Shown here: in pieces, positions 19,566 through 29,017 of the stretch
Layout: every line of letters begins with the position of its first letter
How positions within the stretch are numbered: position 1 is the first letter of the stretch
Source of the DNA: an uncultured Acidobacteriota bacterium
GTDB lineage: Bacteria; Acidobacteriota; UBA6911
DNA: 64,000 bases
Direction of reading: 5' to 3'
Assembly (NCBI GenBank): GCA_963809485.1
Contig: CAWEJX010000007.1
Location: 704,001 to 768,000 of the forward strand
Translations under genes and position numbers: made by a program
The notes under the pieces: model-generated
Told to the model about the DNA's origin: nothing
The model's input: only the letters and a program-made list of their open reading frames with translations
The model's database searches: none

Positions 19566-20447
19566 ATGAAAATACCCAAGCCCATCCAGGCCGATCTTGC
19601 CCTGATACTGATCACATTTGTCTGGGGCAGCACCTTCACGGTTGTCAAAATAGGCATCGAGCAGGTTTCACCGGTACTTTTCGTGGCGCTGCGGTTCTGG
19701 ATAGCGGCGGCAATCGTTGCCGCCCTGATGCCGGGTCAAATAAAAAAGATCTCCCGCAGATCCTTCCGTCACGGGCTCGTGCTTTCATTGATGCTGGTCG
19801 GCGGTTTTGTTTTTCAGACCCTGGGCCTGCGCAGCACCGGCCCGTCTCAATCGGCCTTCATCACGAGCCTGAGCGTCGTTCTTGTCCCCCTGCTGGGATT
19901 TTTGATTTTTCGTCACCGGCCGAGGATGCAGACGCTGGCGGGCGTCATCCTGGCGACGGCAGGATTGTTCCTGCTGCTCGTCCACCTGGCCGACCTGGAT
20001 TTTCGTCCGGGGGACGTGCTGACATTGATCTGTGCTGTCATGTTTGGATTTCAAATACTGCTGCTCGGGCGCTTCCTGTCGGTGACGGACCACCGCCAGC
20101 TGATGCTGCTGCAGATGACATGCACGGCGGTGATCTGCACCCTGCTCGTGCCTGTGATCGAGAAGCCCTTTATCGCATGGAATTCAACCGTAGCCCTGTG
20201 TCTCTTTATCACAGGTGTTCTGGCCACGGCTTTTGCCTTGTACGTGCAAACCTGGGCGCAGAGATACACGACACCCAATCACGCGGCATTAATATTCAGC
20301 CTGGAACCTTTCTTCGCCGTGCTCTTCGCGTATTGGATCCTGGGCCACGTCCTGACCTCCAGGGAATGGCTCGGCGGCCTGCTGGTCCTGGCCGGCATAC
20401 TGGTATCAGAGTTGCGGATTAGGCCGGAAAATAATGCCTCTCAGTGA
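19566..20447 (+). CDS. DMT/EamA family transporter
   Basis: ITFVWGSTFTVVK, FVALRFWIA, SAFITSL, ALIFSLEPFFA. About 10 TM segments. Confidence 0.9.
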   Translation: MKIPKPIQADLALILITFVWGSTFTVVKIGIEQVSPVLFVALRFWIAAAIVAALMPGQIKKISRRSFRHGLVLSLMLVGGFVFQTLGLRSTGPSQSAFITSLSVVLVPLLGFLIFRHRPRMQTLAGVILATAGLFLLLVHLADLDFRPGDVLTLICAVMFGFQILLLGRFLSVTDHRQLMLLQMTCTAVICTLLVPVIEKPFIAWNSTVALCLFITGVLATAFALYVQTWAQRYTTPNHAALIFSLEPFFAVLFAYWILGHVLTSREWLGGLLVLAGILVSELRIRPENNASQ

Positions 20448-20449
20448 TG

Positions 20450-20546
20450 TAACGCTGATACACGCTGACAAAAGCGCTGACGCACGCGGATAAAACTAAA
20501 AATTTGTCCGCGTAGGTCAGCTTCCGTCAGCGTTTGTCAGCGTTCA
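20450..20546. repeat. ACGCYGAC palindromic element (full)
   Basis: Lies between convergent genes. The right end TTCA overlaps the TGA stop of the methyltransferase. Confidence 0.9.
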
Positions 20547-21383
20547 GGGAGTGGCAGTATGCCAGTAGACCAGTGCCGACCTTACTTCCGGCGGCCATAT
20601 ATACTGCTCGTCCTTCCAGACCAGCCTGCGGCGCAGCAGGTCCATCAGGTAGGCGTCCTGTTCGCCGGTTTCCTCGAGATCCATGAAACGTTTCATGTCG
20701 CGCAATGCGTCTTCGAGGCTCGGACTGGTGCGCGGTTTCCACAGGCCGGTGTTTTCCAGCTGCACGTTGGCGTAAATGCCGATCTGCAGCAGGACGTTGT
20801 AGGCGACGGTGAAATTCGGGCTGTCCATCGGCTGGCCCCAGATGTGGCGCGCCGCTTCGGCCCGTACCCCGTCGATCGAGGGCGCACGCAGGAGCAGAAA
20901 ACAGGTTCGCCGCGTGCGTGCATCCAACTGCCGCAGGAAAGACGCCAGATCCAGGCAGGCATACATCGCATGGGAGCATAGCGAAAAATCATGCGGCTCC
21001 ACCGACACCTCCGGCCAGGCGCCCTGGACAATCGCGACATTGGCAATAGACTGCGCGGCCAGGTCCCCGCGCATGACTTCAATCATCGCGGCGGAAGGCT
21101 CCACCGCGGTGACGCGCTTCGCCTTGCGCGCCAGCAAAGCGGACCACGCACCCGTGCCCGCGCCGATATCCAGTACGGTCGAATCCCCGTCCAACTGCGA
21201 GAGGATGAAATCCCGGCTGGAGTCGGGCCGTACCCAGCGCCGCTGAACGCCTTCCTTAAACTCCAACGCCCTGCCGGCCCAGATATCCGATCCCTTTTTC
21301 GAGTCCGATTTTCTTTGATGATTGCGTTCTTTTATTTCAACCAGTTCCCGCCAGAGAGCGTTCCAATCCGTGATCTTTTCCAT
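20544..21383 (-). CDS. Class I SAM-dependent methyltransferase
   Basis: VLDIGAGTGAW, VTAVEPSAAM motif I/II. Confidence 0.88.
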   Translation of the reverse strand: MEKITDWNALWRELVEIKERNHQRKSDSKKGSDIWAGRALEFKEGVQRRWVRPDSSRDFILSQLDGDSTVLDIGAGTGAWSALLARKAKRVTAVEPSAAMIEVMRGDLAAQSIANVAIVQGAWPEVSVEPHDFSLCSHAMYACLDLASFLRQLDARTRRTCFLLLRAPSIDGVRAEAARHIWGQPMDSPNFTVAYNVLLQIGIYANVQLENTGLWKPRTSPSLEDALRDMKRFMDLEETGEQDAYLMDLLRRRLVWKDEQYIWPPEVRSALVYWHTATP

Positions 21384-21403
21384 GCGCCTCACTCATTAAT
21401 TCT

Positions 21404-21525
21404 ATTGGTAAACCCACGGCTCTGCCGGGGGACTCATAGAGTTTGACAGCTCCGTATTTTGAAACGCTGAGATACGCTGACAAAAGCGCTGACAAACGCC
21501 GATTTGTTCGGCGAGGGTCGGCGGG
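21404..21525 (+). mobile_element. Partial copy of the IS200-like MITE (left end plus ACGCYGAC arm)
   Basis: About 120 bp similar to 14937-15059 (ATTGGTAAACCC..GGCTCTGCCGGG..GACTC..GAGTTTG.CAGCTCCGTATTTTGAAACGCTGAG..). Confidence 0.75.
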
Positions 21526-21637
21526 CGGCTTCCCCGCACTCCGGAATTATACTTGCCCGGCGCCGGGCAGGCCATGGAATACGCGGGTGGACAGCAGATT
21601 ACGGCCCCCATCGAGCGGACTGATGGGAAGAGAATGC

Positions 21638-22828
21638 CTAAAAAAGCCTGTGCGCGGCGGAAACCAGCCAGCCGGCAAGCGCGCCCCCCAGCACGAGCCA
21701 TGCGGAATTGATCCGATAGCGGATCAGAAGCACGGCGCTCGCGGCCAGCAATACAACCGCTGGGACGTCGACCAGGGCCGCCCTGGCGAGCTGCCAGGTC
21801 ACGACCGCCATGATGGAGAGCGACGTTACGACGACGCCGTCGAGAAAGGCTCCCGCAAGCGCGGACCGCCGGAGTCGGGGGACAAGCGGGCCGCTGACGG
21901 CCACGAAGACGAAGGCGGGGAGGAAAATCCCAAGCGTTGCGACCAGGGCGCCTGAAGGGCCGCCGAGCAAATATCCTATGAAAGTTGCGGTTGTGAAAAC
22001 CGGACCCGGCGTGACCTGCCCAACCGCAACGGCATCCAGCAGCTGTCCTTCGTTGAGCCAGTGCCAGTGTGTGACGAGATCGGCCCTGAGAAAAGCCAGG
22101 AGCACATATCCGCTGCCGAAAAGCACCGATCCGACCTTCAGGAAAAAAAGGAAAAGAGGCATCAAGCCGAACGGCACGGCCCGGGCGCCGGCGGCCGCGG
22201 CCAGTGGTGCTGCCGCGGCGAGCAGCGCCGCCTGAAACGCATGCATCGTCCCGCCTCTTTGCCGCGCATGCCTGCGCAGCCATGTGACGGATGCAACCGC
22301 CAATCCTCCCCCGAACAGAATGGCCAGTTCGTCGATTCCATAAAAACTCAGCAGGACTCCCGCGATCCCGGCAATTGCCAGAGTTTTGCTCTTGACGGCG
22401 GAACCCGCAAATCCCCAGAGCGCCTGCAGGACGACGGCCAGCACCACCGGCTTCACGCCGTAAAGAGCGGCATTCGCCTGCGGAAGGGATCCGTAGCGCA
22501 CGTAAGCCCAGGCGATGACGCCAACCATGAATGCCGCCGGCAGGATGAAGCAGAGCCCGGCCGCCACAAGCCCCGCCCCGCCCGCCCGGCGATGACCGAT
22601 ATGAATCGCTATCTCGGTGGAGTTCGGGCCGGGAATCAAATGGGTTGCCGCCAGCAGATCCAGGAACTCTTGACGCGAAAGCCAGCCTCTGCGCCGGACG
22701 ACCTCATCCTCCATCATGGCGATATGCGCAGCCGGCCCGCCGAAACCCAGCGTGCCCAGCTTCAGGAACAGCAAAACCAGATCCTTCACGGGCCGGTGCG
22801 ATGTGTCCTTCCGAATGAGGTCGCTCAT
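21638..22828 (-). CDS. chrA: Chromate efflux transporter
   Basis: FLKLGTLGFGGPAAH, LIPGPNSTE, FLKVGSVLFGSGYVL, GQVTPGPVFTTATFIGY. Confidence 0.93.
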   Translation of the reverse strand: MSDLIRKDTSHRPVKDLVLLFLKLGTLGFGGPAAHIAMMEDEVVRRRGWLSRQEFLDLLAATHLIPGPNSTEIAIHIGHRRAGGAGLVAAGLCFILPAAFMVGVIAWAYVRYGSLPQANAALYGVKPVVLAVVLQALWGFAGSAVKSKTLAIAGIAGVLLSFYGIDELAILFGGGLAVASVTWLRRHARQRGGTMHAFQAALLAAAAPLAAAAGARAVPFGLMPLFLFFLKVGSVLFGSGYVLLAFLRADLVTHWHWLNEGQLLDAVAVGQVTPGPVFTTATFIGYLLGGPSGALVATLGIFLPAFVFVAVSGPLVPRLRRSALAGAFLDGVVVTSLSIMAVVTWQLARAALVDVPAVVLLAASAVLLIRYRINSAWLVLGGALAGWLVSAAHRLF

Positions 22829-22921
22829 GGCGAATCCTTTGACTTGGGGGTATCGTCATTCTAGCATAATGGTAAGAGAGAGACCCGGAGCGGCGTTTAG
22901 CGCCGGGATAGACGGCTGTAT

Positions 22922-22990
22922 GTGGAAGGTGGAACGTGAAACGTGGAAAATTCGTTCAAACGTTCAACGTTCAAACGTTTCCACGTTCAC
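22922..22990. repeat. AACGTT-core heptamer array
   Basis: GTGGAAGGTGGAACGTGAAACGTGGAAA..TTCAAACGTTCAACGTTCAAACGTTTCCACGTTCAC. Confidence 0.8.
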
Positions 22991-23000
22991 GGATGCGATT

Positions 23001-24068
23001 ATGGCTACGCTGGGGGAAGTGCTTCAGCAATACACAGTCCTGGGGGACTTATTCGAAACGCTGGACGGCGGGCGGGTGCGGTGCTTTGCCTGCGCGCACC
23101 GCTGCACCATCGCGAACGGGGAGACGGGATTCTGCCGTCTGCGCGTCAACCGCGCAGGCAAGCTCTACGTGCCTTTCGGGTACGTGTCGGGCGCTCAATG
23201 CGACCCGGTGGAGAAAAAACCTTTCTTTCACGTGCGTCCCGGCGCTGCCGCTTACAGCTTCGGCATGCTGGGATGCAATTTCCACTGCAGTTTCTGCCAG
23301 AACTGGGTGACCTCGCAGGCGTTGCGCGAATCCATCGCGGTCTCCCCTCCCTTCCGGACGACGCCCGACGAGCTTGTCCGGTCGGCTCTCGATCACGGGG
23401 CGGAGATCGTCGTCAGCACCTATAACGAACCGCTGATCACCAGCGAGTGGGCTGTGGCGGTGTTCCGGAAAGCCCGGGCCGCCGGTCTGTTGACGGCTTA
23501 TGTTTCCAACGGATATGCAACCCGGGAATCGCTCGAATACCTGCGTCCCTGGCTGGACCTTTATAAAGTCGACCTGAAGAGTTTCGACGAAGGCCGTTAC
23601 CGGCGCCTGGGAGGACAGCTGCAGCCGATCCTCGAAACCATTCGCAGCCTTTACGAGATGGGATTATGGGTGGAGATCGTTACCCTGCTCATACCGGGAT
23701 TCAACGATTCCGAGGAAGAACTGATCCGCCTGACGGAGTTTATCGGCGGAGTCTCTCCCGATATCCCGTGGCACGTTACCGCCTTCCACAAGGACTACAA
23801 AATGACCGGTCCGGAAAACACCGTTCCCGGAGACCTTGCCCGAGCCGCCGCAATCGGACGGAAAAGCGGGCTGCGGTATATTTATGCTGGAAACCTGCCC
23901 GGAAGATCGGGGACCTCGGAGAACACCTACTGTCCCGGGTGCAGCCAACTGCTGGTGGAGCGCTACGGATACCGCATCCTCAAGAACCGGCTGACCCCCG
24001 AAGGCGTCTGTCCCTCGTGCAGCCTGGCTATCCCCGGCAGGTGGGCGGACCGCTCCGCTACTCGATGA
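23001..24068 (+). CDS. amrS: AmmeMemoRadiSAM-type radical SAM enzyme (PFL-activase-like)
   Basis: CFACAHRC..G..GFCRLR, DPVEKKPFFH, GCNFHCSFCQNW, TYNEP, PWHVTAFH, YIYAGNLPG, TYCPGC..CPSC. Confidence 0.85.
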   Translation: MATLGEVLQQYTVLGDLFETLDGGRVRCFACAHRCTIANGETGFCRLRVNRAGKLYVPFGYVSGAQCDPVEKKPFFHVRPGAAAYSFGMLGCNFHCSFCQNWVTSQALRESIAVSPPFRTTPDELVRSALDHGAEIVVSTYNEPLITSEWAVAVFRKARAAGLLTAYVSNGYATRESLEYLRPWLDLYKVDLKSFDEGRYRRLGGQLQPILETIRSLYEMGLWVEIVTLLIPGFNDSEEELIRLTEFIGGVSPDIPWHVTAFHKDYKMTGPENTVPGDLARAAAIGRKSGLRYIYAGNLPGRSGTSENTYCPGCSQLLVERYGYRILKNRLTPEGVCPSCSLAIPGRWADRSATR

Positions 24069-24315
24069 GATAAAAAATATCCACGCCGTCCCGGCATCCC
24101 TCGAGCGCACTGTTCAGCATGGAAATCAGGTCGCCGTCCGCGCCCTTTTCCTTCAGATGTTCCAGCGTGTCGGAGCTGAGAAAGTATTCCTCGTCCTCGT
24201 CAAACTCTTCCTCGAGGTTGTCGATCAGGAAGTCCAGTTGCTGTTCCGTTATCTTTCCCAGAACCTCACGCTCATAGGTGTCGCAGTCCTGCTTATAAAG
24301 CCGTATCGTGTCCAT
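24058..24315 (-). CDS. Small acidic hypothetical protein
   Basis: IRLY..LGKITEQQLDFLIDNLEEEFDEDEEYFL..TLEHL. Coherent composition, AGGA upstream. Confidence 0.65.
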   Translation of the reverse strand: MDTIRLYKQDCDTYEREVLGKITEQQLDFLIDNLEEEFDEDEEYFLSSDTLEHLKEKGADGDLISMLNSALEGCRDGVDIFYLIE

Positions 24316-24378
24316 CCTGTTTCCCCAAAAATGAATCCACAATATCTATATATTTCCCCATAGTAGAAATCAATGCTG

Positions 24379-24461
24379 TAACGCCGACGGACGCTGACAA
24401 AAAATAAATATATATGTTGTCGGCGTGCGTCGGCGTTTTTGTCGGCGTATGTCAGCGTTCA
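24379..24461. repeat. ACGCYGAC palindromic element
   Basis: Short left arm, full right arm whose TTCA is the TGA stop of the sulfatase maturase. Confidence 0.88.
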
Positions 24462-25742
24462 GACCGATTTGCCCATGCAGCATTTCTTATATTTGAGGCC
24501 GCTGCCGCAGGGGCAGGGATCGTTGCGGCCCGGTGTTGCCGCGCGCGCCGGGCTGCGGGCCCGCGCGAGCCCGGCGACTTTGTCGAAGAACGGGCGGCTG
24601 TAGGTGAAGAATCTCTTGTAGCCCCGGCAGAGGTAATTCAGTCCCGGTTCCCCGTCCGGTGTGAGCAGGAAACGGTCCTTGGGGCAGCCGCCATTGCACA
24701 TATCCAGGACCTCGCACTCTCGGCAAAAGCGCGGCAGCGCATCCCGTTTGGCCGCGCCGAAGGATTTCTGCTCCGGGCTCTCGAGCATTTCCGTCAACAG
24801 CTTCTCCCGTATATTGCCGAGGCGGTGCTTTTCGTCCACATAGTGATCGCAGGAATAGAAATCCCCGTTGCGCTCGACCACCGGGATGTCGCCGCAGGTT
24901 TCGCGGAAAATGCAAAGGGAATGATCCTGCCCCTGGGACGGCCGGGCCGCCTCCTCGAATATCTGAACGGCGACGCGGCCGATGTCGCGTTGAGTCCATT
25001 CGCCGAAAATCGCGCACAGGAACTCCCCGTAAGCATCCGCCGGCACATTATAATCGGGCGAGCCTGAGGTATTTCCCTGCGGCCGGTTGACAATGGGAAG
25101 GAAGCTCAAATACGTTGCGCCGGCCTCTTTGAAATATCGATAGACTTCGAGCGGATGTCCCACGTTCCTGTCATGCACGGCGCACAGGATGTCGCAGGGG
25201 ACGCCGCGCACTTTCAGGTTTTCAAACGCGCGCACAGCCGCCGCGTGTGTGGGCCCGCCGCCGCGTGTGACGCGGCAGCAGTCGTGCAGTTCCGGCGGGC
25301 CGTCCAGGCTCAGGCCCACGCTGAATTTTTCCGCGGCCAGGAAACGGCACCACTCGTCGTCGAGCAGGGTGCCGTTGGTCTGAATGCCGTTGAAAATGCG
25401 CTTGTTGCGCGGCAGGTGCCGGCGTTGCAGAGCCACGAGGCCGCGAAAATAATCCAGACCCGCGAGGGTTGGCTCGCCGCCATGCCAGGAGAAGGAGATT
25501 ACGGGGCCGGGCGACGCCTGGATATGCCGGATGACGTAATCCTCCAGGATCGCCTGGGGCATGCGGAATCCTTCATCCGCTCCTCCACCAGGCTGTTTGC
25601 CGATGTAGTAGCAGTAACGGCAGTCCAGGTTGCAGAGCGGGCCCACGGGTTTGGCGAAAACCTGGAATTCACGGGATGCCGAGAATTTCCCGGAGCTCGC
25701 CTTCGATCCCCGGGGCGCAGACGATGCAGTGCTTAGCGTCAA
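24459..25742 (-). CDS. Anaerobic sulfatase maturase-type radical SAM/SPASM protein with C-terminal SEC-C motif (start uncertain)
   Basis: AKPVGPLCNLDCRYCYY, SWHGGEPTL, QTNGTLLD, YSCDHYV, C..C.....CNGGCPKDR, GRNDPCPCGSGLKYKKCC. Confidence 0.9.
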   Translation of the reverse strand: MTLSTASSAPRGSKASSGKFSASREFQVFAKPVGPLCNLDCRYCYYIGKQPGGGADEGFRMPQAILEDYVIRHIQASPGPVISFSWHGGEPTLAGLDYFRGLVALQRRHLPRNKRIFNGIQTNGTLLDDEWCRFLAAEKFSVGLSLDGPPELHDCCRVTRGGGPTHAAAVRAFENLKVRGVPCDILCAVHDRNVGHPLEVYRYFKEAGATYLSFLPIVNRPQGNTSGSPDYNVPADAYGEFLCAIFGEWTQRDIGRVAVQIFEEAARPSQGQDHSLCIFRETCGDIPVVERNGDFYSCDHYVDEKHRLGNIREKLLTEMLESPEQKSFGAAKRDALPRFCRECEVLDMCNGGCPKDRFLLTPDGEPGLNYLCRGYKRFFTYSRPFFDKVAGLARARSPARAATPGRNDPCPCGSGLKYKKCCMGKSV

Positions 25743-26436
25743 TTCGGTTGTCTCCCCCTTTTGTCAGAAACCGCGCCCCGCATTCCTGCGCGACGACCTG
25801 GACGGGGGCGTAGTCCCACTCCATGCCGCGTCCGCTCAACCAGATATCCGCCTTGCCTCTCGCCAGCATGATGACGTCGTAACAGCCGCCGTAACAGCGG
25901 ACGGTCCAGCATTTTTGCGTGAGCAGGCGAACGGCTTCCGGCGGCCAGGAGTTCCATGCCTCTTTGAACCCGCTCACCATGAGGACGGATTTGTCCACTC
26001 TTGATATGCGGGACGCGCTCACACGCCCGCCATTCCAGAAACAGCCCTTGCCGTCGGCCGCGTGCAGCGTTTCATCCAGGCAGGGACAATGAATCACACC
26101 CAGGACGACCTGCGAACCGGCCTGCAGCGCCAGCTGCACCGACCAGAACGCGTTGCGGCGGACGAAATCCCGAGTGCCGTCAATCGGGTCGATGATCCAG
26201 CGGCGGCCGGACCGGGAAGGCACGCGCGCACCCTCTTCGCCCAGGATTCCGTCGTCGGGGAATTGTTCGTTCAGGGCGCCGCAGATGAGTTTTTCGCACT
26301 CACGGTCCGCCACGGTCACAGGCGAAGCGTCGGATTTTTCTTCAGCCGGCACCGACCGGTCAAAGTAATACATCGCCTTCTCGCCGGCTTTGCGCGCAAT
26401 TTGAATCGCCGTCTCAAGTTCGCCGTCGTATGTCAT
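25669..26436 (-). CDS. Inositol monophosphatase family protein (histidinol-phosphatase HisN-like)
   Basis: SPVTVADRECE, DDGILGEE, RWIIDPIDGTRDF, EWDYAP. Confidence 0.88.
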   Translation of the reverse strand: MTYDGELETAIQIARKAGEKAMYYFDRSVPAEEKSDASPVTVADRECEKLICGALNEQFPDDGILGEEGARVPSRSGRRWIIDPIDGTRDFVRRNAFWSVQLALQAGSQVVLGVIHCPCLDETLHAADGKGCFWNGGRVSASRISRVDKSVLMVSGFKEAWNSWPPEAVRLLTQKCWTVRCYGGCYDVIMLARGKADIWLSGRGMEWDYAPVQVVAQECGARFLTKGGDNRIDAKHCIVCAPGIEGELREILGIP

Positions 26437-26495
26437 AGAAGCCCCGACCAATATGCCACAACAGGCTGCAGGTGTCCAAGTCGACGCATCCTGGT

Positions 26496-26572
26496 CGACG
26501 CACGCTGACAAAAAAATTAAATATATAAATTGTCGGCGTGCGTCGGCGTTTTGTCAGCGTCTGTCAGCGTTT
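26496..26572. repeat. ACGCYGAC element (short left arm, full right arm)
   Basis: CGACGCACGCTGACAAAAAAATTAAATATATAAATTGTCGGCGTGCGTCGGCGTTTTGTCAGCGTCTGTCAGCGTT, just past the mutS2 stop. Confidence 0.85.
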
Positions 26573-26587
26573 AATTTTTATCCTGCG

Positions 26588-28966
26588 CTATTTTTTCATT
26601 TCGACAAGAGTGGAGCCGCCGCTGCCCTGGCCGGGCGGCGCGAGGCTGAAGCGCTCCACCTGGGGGTGGCCGGACAGGAACTGCGCAATCGCTTTGCGCA
26701 GGATGCCTTTGCCGTGCCCGTGAATAATGCGCACATTTTCAGTGCCGGCAAGAAAAGCCTGGTCCAAAAACTTGTCGACCCGCTCGATCGCTTCGTCCGC
26801 CGTCAGGCCGATCACTTTGAGTTCGGAAACAGCCGGCTCATTCAGGTCGTCGTCCGCCGGCAAAGGACGCGCCGGCGGGGAAGGCACGGCCGCTGCACCG
26901 CGGATTTTGGCCAGGTCGTCGCGGCCGGCACGGTAGCGCAAGGCGCCGACGATCACGACGTAGGTGCTGTCGCGGATGGTTTCCACCGTGCCATCCCGAT
27001 CCAGGGACCGTATCCGGACCCGGTCCCCTTCCAGGATCTCTTCCGTGCCCGTGTCGGCGGCAGCCTCTTCACGCCCGGAATCCGGAAAATTGGCAGTCCG
27101 GCGCAGTGCCGCGGATTTCCTGCGCAGCTCGGCTGCCTGGTTTTCGGCGCTCCTTTTGATCCTGGCGGCCTCGATCCTGTCTTTGACCGAACGCACCGCG
27201 CGTTCACTTTCGGTTTTGAACTCGGCGACCACGCGGGCAAGCGCCGCGTCGAACTCCGCACGGCGAGCCTGCTCGCGGTCGGCGAATTCGGCATCCAGCT
27301 TCGAATATTTTTCGGCGACGGCCGCACGCTCCTCTTCCAGCGAAGCCCGGAGGTTTTCCATCCCGTCCAGGGTCTCTTTCAGCCTGAGCAGGTATTCGCG
27401 CGCCTGGGCGTGGCTCGGCTCCACGAGCGCGGCCGCTGCCGCCAGAATCTCTTCGGTCACATTCATCCTTCTCGCGATTTCCAGCCCGGAGGAGGCCCCG
27501 GCGATTCCGAGTATCAGCCGGTAGGTGGGCCGGAGCGTCCGTTCGTCAAACTCGACGGAAGCGTTCCTTACCCCTTCCGTCTGCGAAGCCCACATCTTCA
27601 GCCCCGGGTAATGCGTGGAGGCGACGGTCATGGCGCCGGTCCGGCGGAAATAGTCCACGATCGCAACCGCCAGGGCGGCTCCCTCGTCGGGATCCGTTCC
27701 GGTCCCCACTTCGTCGAGCAGTATGAGCGCCGCGGGCCGCACGCTCTGCGCCATCCCGCCGATGTTGCGCATGTGCGCCGTGAAGGTGGAGAGGTTGGCG
27801 GCGATGGACTGCTGGTCGCCTATGTCGGCGAATACCTGGTCGAAGACCGGCAGGACCGCTTCACGGGCGGGCACGTGAAACCCCATCTGCGCCATGAGCG
27901 AAACGAGCCCGAGCGTTTTGAGCACGACCGTTTTCCCGCCTGCGTTGGGCCCGCTGATGACCAGCACCCTGCAGTTCCCGTCCAGCTCGAGCGAAATCGG
28001 CACCGCGCTCCCGCCCGAGGCGCGCAACGAGTGCTCGAGCAGGATGTGCCGGGCATCGCGCAGCATCAATTCCTTCCCGCCCGAAATCTGCGGCGCCGTG
28101 CACTGGAATTCCATTGCGAAGCCGGCCCTGGCCTGCACGACGTCCAGTTCCGTCAGGACCTCGATCGTCACGCGGATCGCGTCGAGGTGCTCCCTCAGGG
28201 ATTGCGTGATCGAAAGTAGAATCCGGGACACCTCGATCTCTTCCTGCTCCCGCAGCCGCACGAGATCGTTGTTCTGGTTGATGACCGTCATCGGTTCGAC
28301 AAAGGTTGTCTGGCCGCTCGACGAGAGTCCGTGCACGACGCCGGGCACCTGGCCGCGCGAATCGGTCCGCACCGGGATGACGAAACGGCCGTTGCGGAAC
28401 GTGATGAGGTCTTCCTGGACCGCCTGCGCCTGTGCCCGCAGGATGGATTCCAGCGCGCGGTGTATGCGCATCCTGCGGCTGGTGAGATCGCGGCGCAGAT
28501 CGCGGAGCTCGGGGCTGGCGTTGTCGTCGATTTCCCCGTTGGGAAGTATTTTGCCGTGGATGGCCGCCAGCAGGAGTTTCAGGTCCGGGATGCGGGAAGC
28601 CGCGCCCAGCAGATGCGCATAGAGCCCCCCGGATGCGGCGGCCCGGATCTGCTCGCGCACCTCCCTGCCGACGAAGAGAATGCGCTCGAGCGCAAGGATC
28701 TGTTTGGGTTCCAGCGCGGACCCTTCTATGTGCAGCTGGGCCAGGATCGGCGCCGGATCCTCGATGCCCGACAGGCCGAACCGCCCCTGCGTGGACAGGT
28801 AGGAGATGCATTCACCCGTTGTTTCAAGCTCGCGCAGAATGTCGGGGCGGGAGGCGGAAGGTCGCAGGTTCATCATCCGCATGCGCCCCGGCTCCGTCTG
28901 CACGTGCCGCGCCGCCAGCGCGATAAGGCCCTTAAGCTCCAGAGTGTCGAATGTGCGCTCATCCAT
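26588..28966 (-). CDS. mutS2: Endonuclease MutS2
   Basis: ISGPNAGGKTV, ADIGDQQSI..NLSTF, LLDEVGTGTDP, STHY, C-terminal Smr IIHGHGKGIL. Confidence 0.95.
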   Translation of the reverse strand: MDERTFDTLELKGLIALAARHVQTEPGRMRMMNLRPSASRPDILRELETTGECISYLSTQGRFGLSGIEDPAPILAQLHIEGSALEPKQILALERILFVGREVREQIRAAASGGLYAHLLGAASRIPDLKLLLAAIHGKILPNGEIDDNASPELRDLRRDLTSRRMRIHRALESILRAQAQAVQEDLITFRNGRFVIPVRTDSRGQVPGVVHGLSSSGQTTFVEPMTVINQNNDLVRLREQEEIEVSRILLSITQSLREHLDAIRVTIEVLTELDVVQARAGFAMEFQCTAPQISGGKELMLRDARHILLEHSLRASGGSAVPISLELDGNCRVLVISGPNAGGKTVVLKTLGLVSLMAQMGFHVPAREAVLPVFDQVFADIGDQQSIAANLSTFTAHMRNIGGMAQSVRPAALILLDEVGTGTDPDEGAALAVAIVDYFRRTGAMTVASTHYPGLKMWASQTEGVRNASVEFDERTLRPTYRLILGIAGASSGLEIARRMNVTEEILAAAAALVEPSHAQAREYLLRLKETLDGMENLRASLEEERAAVAEKYSKLDAEFADREQARRAEFDAALARVVAEFKTESERAVRSVKDRIEAARIKRSAENQAAELRRKSAALRRTANFPDSGREEAAADTGTEEILEGDRVRIRSLDRDGTVETIRDSTYVVIVGALRYRAGRDDLAKIRGAAAVPSPPARPLPADDDLNEPAVSELKVIGLTADEAIERVDKFLDQAFLAGTENVRIIHGHGKGILRKAIAQFLSGHPQVERFSLAPPGQGSGGSTLVEMKK

Positions 28967-28983
28967 AAAAAGCCCTTTTAAAG

Positions 28984-29012
28984 CCTGTAACCTGCAACCT
29001 GTAACCTTCAAC
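28984..29012. repeat. Short heptamer tandem (CCTGTAA/CCTGCAA)
   Basis: CCTGTAACCTGCAACCTGTAACCTTCAACC between the argF stop and the mutS2 start. Confidence 0.55.
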
Positions 29013-29017
29013 CGGAA

